Assembly: GCF_963921235.1 (NCBI RefSeq)
Contig: NC_086109.1
Location: 6,264,001 to 6,328,000 of the forward strand
DNA length: 64,000 bases
DNA from: Mobula hypostoma
Lineage: Eukaryota
Direction: 5' to 3'
Both the position numbers and the translations under genes were made by a program. How positions within the stretch are numbered: position 1 is the stretch's first letter; each line of letters starts with the position of its first letter. Below, piece by piece: positions 1-13,000 of the stretch. The notes beneath the pieces were generated by a model. It did not search any database, was not told the DNA's origin, and worked only from the letters and a program-made list of their open reading frames with translations.

Positions 1-1299
1 CCATGAACTGAGTTGTCCATGGAGCCCTGGTTCGGAACCCCTGGTTTAAATACTGAATCATAAAGCACCAACATAATCAAGGACCTCTCCCACCCGGGCC
101 ATTCTCTCTTCTCCCACCCCTTCCCATCAGGCAGAAGATACAAAAGCCTGTGAACACACATATCAGACTCAAGGACAGCTTGTAAGACCCTTGAACAGAC
201 CCTTCATATAATAAAGTCCTGACCACATAATCTACCACACCATGGCCCCTGAACCTCATTGTCTACCTGCACTCTACTTCCTCTATAACTGAAACATCAT
301 ATTCTGTTTTGTTTTCATACAACTATTCAGCACAGTACAGGCCCTTTGGCCCACAGTGTTGTGCTGACCTTTTAATCTACTCTAGGATCAATCTCCTACA
401 TAGCCCTCCACACTTCTTTCATCCATGTCTTTCCATTTGTGCCCCCTCGATGTACTTTTGTACTCAGTGCTCTGTCTGGATGGCAAACACAGGGTTCCCA
501 CTGCATCTTGGTACATGCAACAATTATTTGGTTACCAATAGGTAGGAAAAATTCTTTGTATGCTTAAAGCAATTTAAGTCCATTCACACAGACACAGATC
601 ATGATTTATGTGCATGTCTGTTATTGCAGTCGAGTACATAGACCAGTACTTTAGCCCACTGTGTTGTGCCAACCTTTCAATCAGCTCTGGGATCTCTAAG
701 GGGATAACTTCATTTCAATTTCACTTGCCCCATCACTGAACTATTCCCACAACCTATGGTCTCACTTTCAAAGGCTCTTCATCTCATCTTCTTGATATCT
801 ACTGCTTATTTATTTATCATTATTTTTTCTCTCTTGTATTTGCACCGTTATTTGCACGTTGTTTGTTTGTCCGTCCGTCCCGTTGGGTGCAGTTTTTCAT
901 TGGTTCTATTATGATTCTTGGATTTACTGAGTATGTCCACAATAAAATGAATCTTAGGGTTGTATACGGTGATATATGTGTATTTTGATTTTCAACTTAC
1001 TTTGATCTTTCATCAATTTAACCAATCCCTCCTACATAGCCCTCTGTTCTTCTTTCATCCATGTGCCTTTCAAAGAGTTCTAAAATATCCCCAATGTATG
1101 TACCTCTATCACCACCCCTGCAGGGTGTTTCACACACCCACCATTCTGTTAAAAAAAAACTAACCCCTATACTTTCCTCCAATCACCTTTAAATTAAGCC
1201 CTCTCATATTAGCCATTTACGTCCTGGGTGAAAATCTCTGGTTATCCATTCAATCTATACCTCTTGTACTCCTTGGTCCTTCTGTTCCACTACAAGCCC

Positions 1300-1880
1300 T
1301 AGTGCCTTCTGTGGCCTCCGTCGGTCAGGGTCGACCGTGGACGTTGCATCTTAGCTGCCCAGATAAACAAACCAGGGCAGTACGATACGGAGAGCAAGCT
1401 GTTGCCCATGTAGCAAGCTCCCCTCTCCACACATCTGATGAGCCCAAAGGAATGGCAGAGACAGATACAGTTTGGAACCAGCAATATCACAGGAGCTGAC
1501 AGTCACAATTAAACTCTAGGGGCTCTAGCTCTGGATTTTTCCCTTGAGGTTTATTCCTGAAGCCCCCCATGAGTGGGTGTAGCCACAAGGCAGCGGAGGT
1601 TTGAGACCAGAGTTTTCCTTCTCCTAGATGAGCTGCCAACCATGGCTAACAAGCTGCATCTGCCCAAAGTGACTGGTTTTAAGACACCAGTAACCCGCCT
1701 TTGCCCCTTCTGTCAGTAGAAACAGTTCTGCTGGGCTTAGTAGCTACGCCACATGAAGGCCAGGGGTATGACTTGGTTGTCCGAGGCTATTTGAGACACA
1801 CGCCATTGGAAGCATTTAATAGGTAGTGGGAGCTTATCCCTGCTACCTTTCCCTGACTATAACAACCTTAGGATCCCTAG
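1300..1880 (-). mobile_element. Non-autonomous bipartite RTE-clade retroposon (5' UTR plus 3' end, no ORF)
   Basis: The minus strand carries an RTE 5'-type motif (gcagctcatctaggagaaggaaaactctg) and a 3' segment homologous to the body of the SINE at 22279. The family assignment is from recall. Confidence 0.6.
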
Positions 1881-2428
1881 TGCCCCAGTGATAGTATAGT
1901 GAATATCAAATGAGTCAAGATGAATAACTTAAGGTGCAAATGAGGAGGAATTTCTTCCGAGATTTGCATGTCTTTGGAAGTAGATCTGAAGCGAGCTATG
2001 GAGACAGTCTCTGAGCGTGGTCCAGGTTGAGAACCGTAGAACACTACAGCACAGTACAGGCCCTTCGGCCCACAGTGTTGTGCTGACCTGATAGCCTACC
2101 CTAGATAAATCTGACTCTTCTCTCCTACATAGCCCTCCATTTTCTATCATCCACGTGCCTATCTATTAAATGCTCCTAAATGCCTTTACCACCACCACCC
2201 TCTGTGTAAAAAACTTACCTCAGACATCTTGGCTATACCTTCTTCCAATCACCTTAAGATTAGCCACTTCTGTCTTGGAAAAAAGTCTCTGGTTGTCCAT
2301 TCGATCTATGCCTCCTATCATCTTGTACATCTCCAATCTCACCTCTCATCCTCCCTCACTACAAGGAGTAAAGCCCAAGCTCGCTCAACCTTTGGTGCCT
2401 GTGGTAATCGAGGGGTTCAACCTCTTAC

Positions 2429-2605
2429 CTTGCTTGGGGGTCAGTTGTTGGTTCTGTTGCTGGGGCCTGGCCGCTTCGGAGTCCTGCTGCTTCACCACAG
2501 GTCCCGCCGTTCGCGCGCTGTTACCCAACCCGCTTTCACGCTGCGGTACGCTGTCGCCAGCCGTGCTCCAAACCACATCACAGGCACTTCGATTCTCACT
2601 TTGAG
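2429..2605 (-). CDS. Unidentified gene, putative coding exon 5 (gene continues beyond the window start)
   Basis: Acceptor ttatctttcgccag|CT, strong donor CAAG|gtaaga, 177 nt, phase 1 to 1. Encodes (A)QSENRSACDVVWSTAGDSVPQRESGLGNSARTAGPVVKQQDSEAARPQQQNQQLTPKQ. Confidence 0.68.
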
Positions 2606-4329
2606 CTGGCGAAAGATAAGAGCGAATGCTTTATTTCCACAAGCACACGTTGACCAAACTCTCGGTATCGTAGAGACAGAGGAGTCTGCAGGAGACTGGA
2701 ATCTGGAGCTACAAACATTATGCTGCAGGAACTCGGCGGATGAGCTGGTTGGAGAAGGTGCACGTGATTCGTTGCCTCAGCTGGAGTTGCTAGTTAAGGG
2801 GGTAATTGGATATTATAGTCACATGCACAGAGATACAGTGTCCATACAGATCAATTAATTAGTTCGTTATGTATCTTGTCAAATGATGTAGCCAGTCGTG
2901 GTCTTTCCATGACTATTATTGTCTTGGCAATTTTTCCCCACAGAGGTGGTGGCCATTGCCTTCTTCTGGGCAGTGTCTTTACAAGACAGGTGACCCCAGC
3001 CATTATCAATACTCTTCAGAGATTATCAGAGAGTCAGTGGTCGCATAACCAGGACTTGTAATATGCACTACCCATTCCCTTGGCTTCACGTGAGCCTGAT
3101 CGGACAGGTGCTACACCTTGCCCAAGGGTGACCTGCAGGCTAGCAGAGGGAAAGAGTGCCTTATATCTCCTTTAGTAAAGACAGATCATTTCATTACAAC
3201 AACATATTGATGTATTGCAAAGGAAAACAGAATGCAGAAAAAAGTGTTACAGTTACAGAGAAAGAGCAGTACAGACAGACAATAACATGCAGGTCATGAC
3301 AAGGTACGTAGTGAAGTTAAGGATCCATCTTATCCTACAAGAGATTCATTCAAGAATCTCATAACAGCGGGACAGAGCTGTCCTTGAGCCTGGGGAGATG
3401 GGCTTTCAGACTCTTGTATCTTCTGCCCAAAGGGAGGGGGGAAAAGAGAGAATATCTAGGATGGAAGAGATCTGCATTATATTGTCTGCATTCCGAATTC
3501 TTACACCACCTTGACCTGCTGATTCCATCCAACAGATAGTTTGTCTTATTACGGACCACCTTCACACTATCTGTACAATTTTGTGTGTGCTTTTGATCTG
3601 TTACAGCTCAGAGATGCCACATTTCAGCTGGGTTGAAAACCCTTCTGCACTGCCAGGGTGCCCCTTCCTACTGGCTAATCTGACTGATTCAAGCGCAATG
3701 TCCTTAAAACCGTAGTGGAGCAGAATCAAACGACGAGGGGGGAAAGGCAAGGTGGCCTCGGTGAGACTTACAACCCGTTGTTAATATTTAACACACTCAC
3801 TTTCTGCCTTTAACTTTGAAAAGTCCCGATTTTCAATCACATCACCACAGGCAGCAGCTGAAATATACCGGCTCCAGACTGTAATTCAAATTGGTATTTA
3901 AATGGAGGTGGATAAGATAAAAGAATTTCCAGGGCTGCTGTCAGGAGAGTGGGAGACTGTGGCAAGCTAGAATGCTCATACAGAGAGCTGGTAACATACT
4001 TAATGTTCAGGAACAGTTACCTAAACCATCAGGCTCTTGAATCAAAAGGGATAACTTCACTCAGCTTCACTTGCCCCATCACTGAAATGTTCCCACAACC
4101 AATGGGCTCAATTTCAAGAACTCTTCATCTCACATTCTGAATATTTATTACTTATTTATTTAATATTGTTATTTCTTTCTTTCTTTTTGTATTTGCAGTT
4201 TGTTGTCTTTTGCACTCCAGTTGAACGCCTAATTTGATGTGGTCTTTCATTGATTCTATATTGGTTATTATTCCATTATGGATTTATTCAGTATGCTCAC
4301 AAGAAAACCCATCTCAGGGTTGTACATCA

Positions 4330-4510
4330 CAAACAGGAGAAAGTCTGTAGATGCTAGAAATCCGAGCAACACACACAAAACGCTGGAGGAACTCAGCAGC
4401 TTGTATGGAAAGAATCGAAGGGTCTTGTCCCAAGACGTCGACTGTACTATTTTTTCCCCCATAGATGCTGCCTGGCCTGCTGAGTTCCTCCAGCATTTTG
4501 TGTGTGTTGT
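4330..4510. mobile_element. Older Penelope-like fold-back remnant. Related pieces at ~26720-27000, 27425-27615, 31405-31630, 54135-54335, 57080-57225, 62870-62920
   Basis: Inverted arms caacacacacaaaacgctggaggaactcagcag / ctgctgagttcctccagcattttgtgtgtgttg. Inserted in a LINE tail with an imperfect duplication tcagggttgta / tcggggttata. Confidence 0.7.
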
Positions 4511-5027
4511 CGGGGTTATATAAGGTGATATTTAGGTACTTATATAATAAATTTACTTTGAACTTTGAAAATGCCTCCTTTAATGATGTGACCATTCTGT
4601 AATTTTTCCTCAAAGTTATGAGGCTCGGGGACAGTTTCTATCCCGCTGAGGCAAGATACTTGAACAGGTCTCTTATACAACGAAGATGGACTCTTGACCT
4701 CACGTTATGCCTTTGCACCTTATTGTCTGCCTGCACTGCACTCTCTCTATCGCTGTAACTCTTTATTCTGCGTTTTGTTTCCTCATTCTACTGCTCGGTG
4801 TAATTAGGTGTGGAACGATCCGTTTGGATGGCACACAACTGCCAGCTTCAGAACAGTGCAAAAGTCTTAGGCACATTGAAAAAAAATCTGTAAAGCAAAG
4901 ATGCTTTCAAAAATAGTGAAATGAAAAGTTTCTGAGTTTCAAAAATTTACTATAAAAAGCAGTAAACAGTAAAAAGACCAGCAAGGACAGTGAGAGAAGA
5001 GGTGAATGATTAATATAGCCCTGGTAC

Positions 5028-5149
5028 CTGCTGGGTGCCAGTTCTGTGGATTCTGTGCTCGTAAGTAACTATCTGACATGATGACGTTGCAGTGGCTGCT
5101 ACACCCATTTGATGAGTTTCTCCTCTCTGTAGATTCATCTGGGTGACAG
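5028..5149 (-). CDS. Unidentified gene, putative coding exon 4
   Basis: Follows a 90-nt intron. Acceptor ccttccttacag|C, donor GCAG|gtacca, 122 nt, phase 2 to 1. Encodes (S)CHPDESTERRNSSNGCSSHCNVIMSDSYLRAQNPQNWHPA. Confidence 0.65.
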
Positions 5150-5239
5150 CTGTAAGGAAGGCAGGAAACTCACATCAAATTCCTACAGCGTCAGAATTAG
5201 AAAATTAAACATTTTTTTTTAAAGAGTGCATGAAAATAC

Positions 5240-5328
5240 CTTGAAGGAGCAAGCTTTAACTGCAGATTGTACTTCTCTCTCGGGTCCTTGACCTTTGGAA
5301 AGGGAAACGTCGCCATCGAATACACAGC
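5240..5328 (-). CDS. Unidentified gene, putative coding exon 3
   Basis: Acceptor catgtcttgcag|GCT, donor CAAG|gtattt, 89 nt, phase 0 to 2. Encodes AVYSMATFPFPKVKDPREKYNLQLKLAPS. Confidence 0.65.
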
Positions 5329-5984
5329 CTGCAAGACATGAAACGGTGCTTCGTCACGTGTACCCAGAGCACAGTTCTAGTTTACTGGCGATGGACAACA
5401 GAGGATACATGGACAGGTGGGCATGGAGGCTTCGGACACTGGAATGTGGAGCTGGAGGAACTGAGCAGGTCGAGTTTCTGTAGAAGTGACGGGTCAAGTT
5501 GATGTTTCATGTTGATCTCTGCATCAGGGCCTGTGTCATTTTCTGTACCAGCATCTGGGGACCTATCCTGGGCTCAAAACATGGACGTAACCACAAAGAA
5601 GGCATGTCAGTTCCTCTACTTCATTAGGAGTTTGAGGAGATTCAGTATATTACCGAATTTCATGGAAATTCCTAAGGTGGTCTCATCACCACCTGGTATA
5701 GAGTCTCCAATGCACAGGATCGCAGAGGCTGTGAGGGGTTGCAGACCCAGCCAGCCCCATCTTGGGCTCAACCCTCCCCACCGTCAAGAACATCTTCGAA
5801 GAGACAGGATGGCACATCCATCACTAAGGGCCCTCATCAGCCAGGACATGCCCTCTTCTCACCGCTGCCATCAGGGAGGAGGTGCAGGAGCCTGAAGACA
5901 CACACACACACTCACTCAATGATTCAGAAACAACTGCTTCCTCTCTGCCAGCAGATTCGTGAACAGTCCACGAACCCATGAACC

Positions 5985-6390
5985 TACTGCCCATTACGCC
6001 GCTGGCGTTTAGAGCAGCAGTGAACTTCCTCCATCTCCAGCGGTGTTCAGGGCTTCCTTCATCAGGCCAGTAGCTCGGTTTTCACCACTGTCAGCCATGC
6101 AAGTCCCGGGTGGAGACTCTGGAATAACGTCGTACGCAGATGTAGAGGGATGCTTCATTGCTGTTTCCGTAACAGTTTTGTTTTACCAGTCAGTGCTGTT
6201 ACCCCTGAGCTGAACCCCGAATCTGGAGGACTGGTGGACCACTCTTAGTCTGACCTCTACCCTTTGACCCATGGGTGACCCTACCAAGAGTCAAAGCATA
6301 AAGCCCTGACTCCAGCCAACATGGCTCTCTGGGTCACTGAGGCACACAAGCCTCCAAACCCTACGGCAAAGTTGGGATCCTCCTGGACGA
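5985..6390 (-). mobile_element. Third RTE-type non-autonomous family (another copy on + at ~50410-50715)
   Basis: The two copies share gtagggtttg-aggcttgtgtgcctcagtgacccagagagc-atg-tggctggagtcagggc in opposite orientations. Confidence 0.55.
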
Positions 6391-8466
6391 TGAACCCATG
6401 AACACTACTTTGAAATTCCTCTTTTTGCACTATTTATTTATTTATTTATTTATTTATTTTGGTTACATATAGATATTCGTGCATCTGCACCGCACTGCTG
6501 TGGCAAACAACAAATTTCATGTCAAACGTCAGTGAAAATGAACCCGGTCTTGATGCACGTTTGCACAGTGTGTAAGCCAGCAGTCAGAGAGTTCAGCCAA
6601 GGAGGTGGATCTGTAGGCACCCAGTTTACCGAGACCAGTTGGCATTGCGCTGGGGGCAGCCCGCAAGTGTCGCCACGCTTCTGGCACCGACATCGCACGC
6701 CCACAACTCACTAACCCTAACCCGTACATCTTTGGAATGTGGGAGGAACCCAAAGCGCCCAGAGGAAACTCGTGTGGTCACACTTAACACTAATGGCCTG
6801 AAATGAGAAGCCAATAGCATTCACTTCAGTCGATGAACATTAATTGAGCTTCACTGTCTGTGGGCTACACGCAGCCATTAACTTCAAATCCTGCTAATGA
6901 AATGACTTCAGGGACTGTTTACAGTATATCTGACTAACATTAACATCGAAGGCTGAAGCTCTCTACTCGCTATCCAAAATGCTGAGAGCAGGTGCATGGC
7001 CCAATAGATTTGTCTGTGCAGAATATTTTTCCTGCATTCCTCAGTTTTTTTATTACAGTGTTCATCAGCTGTACTTTTCCGCCCCTCAGCTATTCCATCT
7101 GATGTTTTTCTTTGCAAAGATACGAGTCTACATATTGATGCAACTGCAAAGCAAGCACACCAGCGGCTGTATTCCATTAGGAGTTTGAGGAGGTTCGGAA
7201 TGTCACCAAGGACACTCGCAGATTTCTAGGGATGTACCGTGAGGATTATTCCCACTGGTCGTATCAGCGTTTGGTATGGAGGCGCCAATGCAGAAGGTCG
7301 GAAAAAGCTAAAGAGGGTTGTAAACTCAGCCAGCTCCGTCGTTGGCACTAGCCTCCCCAGCGAAGACGTCTTCGAGAGATGATGCCTCAAGGAGGCACTA
7401 TACATTACAACAAGAAATACAGACATCAATATAAATATATTAAATAAGTAGTGTCAATGAGTGTCGAAGTTACTTGAAAACAAACCAAAACTGCTCAGAG
7501 ACTGATACGGGAGTTGACACCGTACGACACACTTCCAAATAACTAAGTTCCAACCCGGTACAAGTCCATCGGTCCACAATGTTTATCTGACTTTTTATAT
7601 TAGTTCAAGATCAATTTAACCCTTCCCTCCCCACATTTTGGAAAGATGCTGAATGCCAGGAGTATTTGGTTCAACTTTCTGTGGTTAAAGCTGGTCATTA
7701 CCAGGCACTGCTCCAAAATCAAAAAACATATTTTGATCCTTTATTACGAAACCAGCAAAGACGAACAATCATGCAGTAATAAATAAGTAACGAAACTAAA
7801 ACTAGTGATACAACGATACTAAACGGTATAACTACTTTCCAATTAATGTACTTAAGCAGTTAGTGGTATTAAGTGGTAGCGTAATAACCGATCTGATGGT
7901 CAACAAAAAAGTATCAGCCAGTGGCTCGTCCCTGGCTCTAACCGGACCAAACTGAGCTTAGACAAAGCGTGAATATGTAACTGTACTGATTTGCTTCCAT
8001 CACACCCCATCCCCAACCTATGTGACAGATTGCCCATAATGGTACACACAACGCAAAATACAATACAGGCAGAAAGAAAATAGATACATGGCTCCTACAG
8101 TGAGGTTAGTGTTCATCGGCTTCAGGGGCCATTCAAAAAAATCTATAAAATAGTCAGATTCAAGTTGCACGACACCCACAACAAAAAAACATCCGAGAAC
8201 ATAAACCATAAAACATTGAACAGTTCAGCTCAGTACAAGTCCATCGGTCCTCAATGTTTATCTGACTTTTTATATTACTCCAAGATCAATTTAACCCTTC
8301 CCTCCCCACATTTTGGAAAGATGCTGAATGCCAGGCATATTTGGTTCAACTTTCTGTGGTTAAAGCTGGTCATGGCCAGGCACTGCTCTGACCCTCAGCG
8401 CGCTGCCTCACCCACAGTACCACACGGGTGCATGCGCCCGCCACGGGAAACCGTGCTGCCACAAAC

Positions 8467-8528
8467 CTGCTGAAATCCATCTTCATCCGTCACGCGCTCG
8501 GTGCTCTTCGTCAGCCGCGGGTCAGCAC
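8467..8528 (-). CDS. Unidentified gene, putative coding exon 2
   Basis: Acceptor gtatccgcag|GT, donor CAG|gtttgt, 62 nt, phase 1 to 0. Encodes (G)ADPRLTKSTERVTDEDGFQQ. It is a GC/CpG-rich unique island among repeats. Confidence 0.6.
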
Positions 8529-10086
8529 CTGCGGATACATTGCAAAGACGGGTCAGCAACAGATCTGACTTCTGCCAAAGCTCCAGTTCAGCAACGTCAG
8601 AGAGAAAACAACGGGTACAGTCAAGTCATTCAGGCCCTTCCGCTCAGCTCATCCATGCCAACCGAGGTACCCATCTAAACTAAAGATTAAAGATTGGCTG
8701 TATACGTCACATATACTTTGAAAGATGAAAACATACAGTGAAATGCATCAGTGCAAGGATGTGTTAGGGGCAGCTCACCAGCATCACCAGTGCCTACACA
8801 GTATGCCCACAACTCACTAACCTTAAGCCGCACTGAACGCCTTTGGGGTGTGAGGGGAAACCGGAGCACCGATGCTGATAGATGAGCCACAATCGGATCG
8901 ACTGCAAGACCACGGCAAGCCCACATGCAGCCGATTTCTAGCATCGTGAATCGATCGGGCTCCTAGGCATGGAGGGCTCTCTCTTTTTGCGCAGGCTTTC
9001 GAGTTTGCCCGTTTTCATCTTGGCAGACCTGCTTCATTGCTCCTGCGCGGTAAGTTACCGATCGTACTCCACCGCTGTCGTTCTTGCTCTGCGCGTACGG
9101 AACAGTGGTGCAGGGCGAAATGGAAGAGTGGATGGGGTGTGAAGTGGGTACTGAGTTGCGGGCGTGCGATGTTGACGCCAGAAGTATGGCGACAGTTGTG
9201 GACTACCTCAGGAATTGAACGCAGGTCGCTGGAGAGAGCAGTAATGCATGATGGTGTGGCAGTCAGCGTGACACTTTACGATGCCAGCGCTCAGGGTTTG
9301 ATTCCCGAAGCTTTCTGTAAGGAATTTGTACGTTCTCCCCGTGACCACATGGGTTTTCTCCGGTTTCTGTGATTCTAAAGACATATGGGTTAAGGTTAGT
9401 GAATTGTAGGCATGTTACGTTGGCGCTGCTCCCAGCACACCCTCAGACCGTTGTGGTCATTGAAGCAAACAACACGTCTCACTGTATGTTTCGATGTAAA
9501 TGCGACATATTACCGTCAATCTTCAGAATAAACCAATTCCAATTCCACCTTGTGGAGCACGTAACCTCAGCCCTCAGGACTAACCCCCAGCCCTGCACTG
9601 TCGCACTCTGACCTCTGAGTGTGGCCTCCTGAACTGTTACAATGAGGTCAAACAGAGGCTCAACGGGGAGCCCCTCACCTTCTGTCTGGGAGACTTCCAC
9701 GGTCAACAGCACATCCTACAGCTTCTAGAACCCGGCCATTCTTTTCTTTGTGCAAGTAATCTGTCTGTGACACTGTCTCTGTGTGCAAGAGTTTCTCCTG
9801 CTTGTGATCTGGGTAGGAGGGAGGGGTGCTCTGCAGAAGAAACTTCTGCCGAGGAAATGAGGTCCCTAACTGTCCCGGAGATGGAGCATGGATGTTCACG
9901 CCGGGATCGCTCTCCGTTCATCCAACCATGTTACAGAGTCATAGAAAAGTACAGCACAGAGGACCTTTGGCCCATCTAGTCCATGCTGAAACCATTTAAA
10001 CTGCCTACTCCCATCGACCTGCACGGGGACCTTAGCCCTGCACACCACTACCATCCACATACCTATCCCAAGGGGGTGGGGTGGAC

Positions 10087-13000
10087 TAGGGAGGGCTGAG
10101 GGGAGGACAGACAGAGAGAAAGGGGGAAGGGACAGAGAGGGGGAGAAGGGGGAAAGGGACAGAGAGGGGGAGAAGGGGGAGGGACAGAGGGGGGAGAGGG
10201 AGACGGATGGAGAGAGAGAGAGAGAGGGGGACAGGGAGAAAGAGAGAGGGGAGACAGGGGGAGCTGAGAGAGAGAGAGAGGAGAGGGGCTGAGGGGGGAG
10301 GGAGAAAGAGAAGGAGAGGGGGACAGGGAGGAGGGGGAGGAGAGGGAGAGAGATAGGGAGAGGGAGGAGAGGGAGGGGGAGACGGACAGAGGGAGGAGAG
10401 GGAGGGGGAGACGGACAGAGGGAGGGGGGGAGATGGACAGAGGGAGAGGGAGGGGGAGACGGACAGAGGGAGGAGAGGGAGGGGGAGACGGACAGAGGGA
10501 GGAGAGGGAGGGGGAGACGGACAGAGGGGGGAGAGGGGAGAGACGGACAGAGGGGGGGAGGGGGAGACGGACAGAGGGAGGGGGGAGGGGAGACGGACAG
10601 AGGGAGGGGGGACGGACAGGGGGAGGGGGGACGGACAGGGGGAGGGGGGAGGGGGAGACGGACAGAGGGAGGAGAGGGAGGGGGAGACGGACAGAGGAAG
10701 GAGAGGGAGAGGGAGACGGACAGAGGGAGAGGGAGACAGACAGAGGGAGGAGAGGGAGGGGGAGATGGACAGGGAGGGGGAGACGGACAGAGGGAGAGGG
10801 AGAGGGAGGGGGAGACGGACAGAGGGAGGAGAGGGGGGAGACGGAGAGAGAGGAGGGAGATGGACAGAGGGAGGAGAGGGGGGAGATGGACAGAGGGAGG
10901 AGAGGGAGGAGAGGGAGGGGGAGACGGACAGAGGGAGGAGAGGGAGGGGGAGACGGACAGAGGGAGAGGGAGACGGACAGAGGGAGGAGAGGGAGGGGGA
11001 GACGGACAGAGGGAGGAGAGGGGGGAGACGGAGAGAGAGGAGGGAGATGGACAGAGGGAGGAGAGGGGGGAGATGGACAGAGGGAGGAGAGGGAGGAGAG
11101 GGAGGGGGAGACGGACAGAGGGAGGAGAGGGAGGGGGAGACGGACAGAGGGAGAGGGAGACGGACAGAGGGAGGAGAGGGAGGGGGAGATGGACAGGGAG
11201 GGGGAGACGGACAGAGGGAGAGGGAGAGGGAGGGGGAGACGGACAGAGGGAGGAGAGGGGGGAGACGGAGAGAGAGGAGGGAGATGGACAGAGGGAGGAG
11301 AGGGGGGAGATGGACAGAGGGAGGAGAGGGAGGAGAGGGAGGGGGAGACGGACAGAGGGAGGAGAGGGAGGGGGAGACGGACAGAGGGAGAGGGAGACGG
11401 ACAGAGGGAGGAGAGGGAGGGGGAGATGGACAGAGGGAGGAGGGGGGAGATGGACAGAGGGAGGAGAGGGAGGGGGAGACGGACAGAGGGAGGAGAGGGA
11501 GGGGGAGACGGACAGAGGGAGGAGAGGGAGAGGGAGGGGGAGACGGACAGAGGGAGGAGAGGGGGGAGACGGACAGAGGGAGGAGAGGGAGGGGGAGACG
11601 GACAGAGGGAGAAGGAGACGGACAGAGGGAGGAGAGGGAGGGGGAGACGGACAGAGGGAGGAGAGGGGGGAGGAGACGGACAGAGGGAGGAGAGGGGGGA
11701 GACGGACAGAGGGAGGAGAGGGGGGGAGACAGACAGAGGGAGGAGAGGAGGGGAGACGGACAGAGGGAGGAGGGGGGAGACGGACAGAGGGAGGAGAGGG
11801 AGAGGGAGGGGGAGGGGGAGACGGACAGAGGGAGGAGAGGGGGGAGACGGACAGAGGGAGGAGAGGGAGGGGGAGACGGACAGAGGGAGAGGGAGACGGA
11901 CAGAGGGAGGAGAGGGAGGGGGAGACGGACAGAGGGAGGAGAGGGGGGAGACGGACAGAGGGAGGAGAGGGGGGGAGACCTACAGAGGGAGGAGGGGGGG
12001 AGACGGACAGAGGGAGAGGGGGGGAGACGGACAGAGGGAGAGGGAGGGGGAGACGGACAGAGAGATGGACAGGGAGGGGGAGACGGACAGAGGGAGGAGA
12101 GGGAGGGGGAGACGGACAGAGGGAGGAGAGGGGGGAGATGGACAGAGGGAGGAGAGGGAGAGGGAGGGGGAGATGGACAGAGGGAGGAGAGGGGGGAGAC
12201 GGACAGAGGGAGGAGAGGGAGGAGGAGACGGACAGAGGGAGGAGGGGGGGAGACGGACAGAGGGAGGAGAGGGAGAGGGAGGGGGAGACGGACAGAGGGA
12301 GGAGAGGGGGGAGACGGACAGAGGGAGGAGAGGGAGGGGGAGACGGACAGAGGGAGAGGGAGACGGACAGAGGGAGGAGAGGGAGGGGGAGCCGGACAGA
12401 GGGAGGAGAGGGGGGAGACGGACAGAGGGAGGAGAGGGGGGGAGACGGACAGAGGGAGGAGGGGGGAGACGGACAGAGGGAGAGGGGGGGAGACGGACAG
12501 AGGGAGAGGGGGGGAGACAGACAGAGGGAGAGGGAGGGGGAGACGGACAGAGAGATGGACAGGGAGGGGGAGACGGACAGAGAGATGGACAGGGAGGGGG
12601 AGACGGACAGAGGGAGGAGAGGGGGGAGATGGACAGAGGGAGGAGAGGGAGGGGGAGACGGACAGAGGGAGGAGAGGGAGAGGGAGGGGGAGACGGACAG
12701 AGGGAGGAGGGGGGAGACGGACAGAGGGAGGAGAGGGAGAGGGAGAGGGAGGGGGAGACGGACAGAGGGAGGAGAGGGGGAGACGGACAGAGGGAGGAGA
12801 GGGAGGGGGAGACGGACAGAGGGAGAGGGAGACGGACAGAGGGAGGAGAGGGGGGAGACGGACAGAGGGAGGAGGGGGGGAGACGGACAGAGGGAGGAGG
12901 GGGGAGACGGACAGAGGGAGGAGGGGGGAGACGGACAGAGGGAGAGGGGGGGAGACGGACAGAGGGAGAGGGAGGGGGAGACGGACAGAGAGATACAGGG

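Noticed and set aside
2170..2858. Plus-strand ORFs of 144 and 209 aa
   Set aside because: They begin in a CR1 remnant and cross the antisense of the putative minus-strand exon 2429-2605. They have no independent coding signal.
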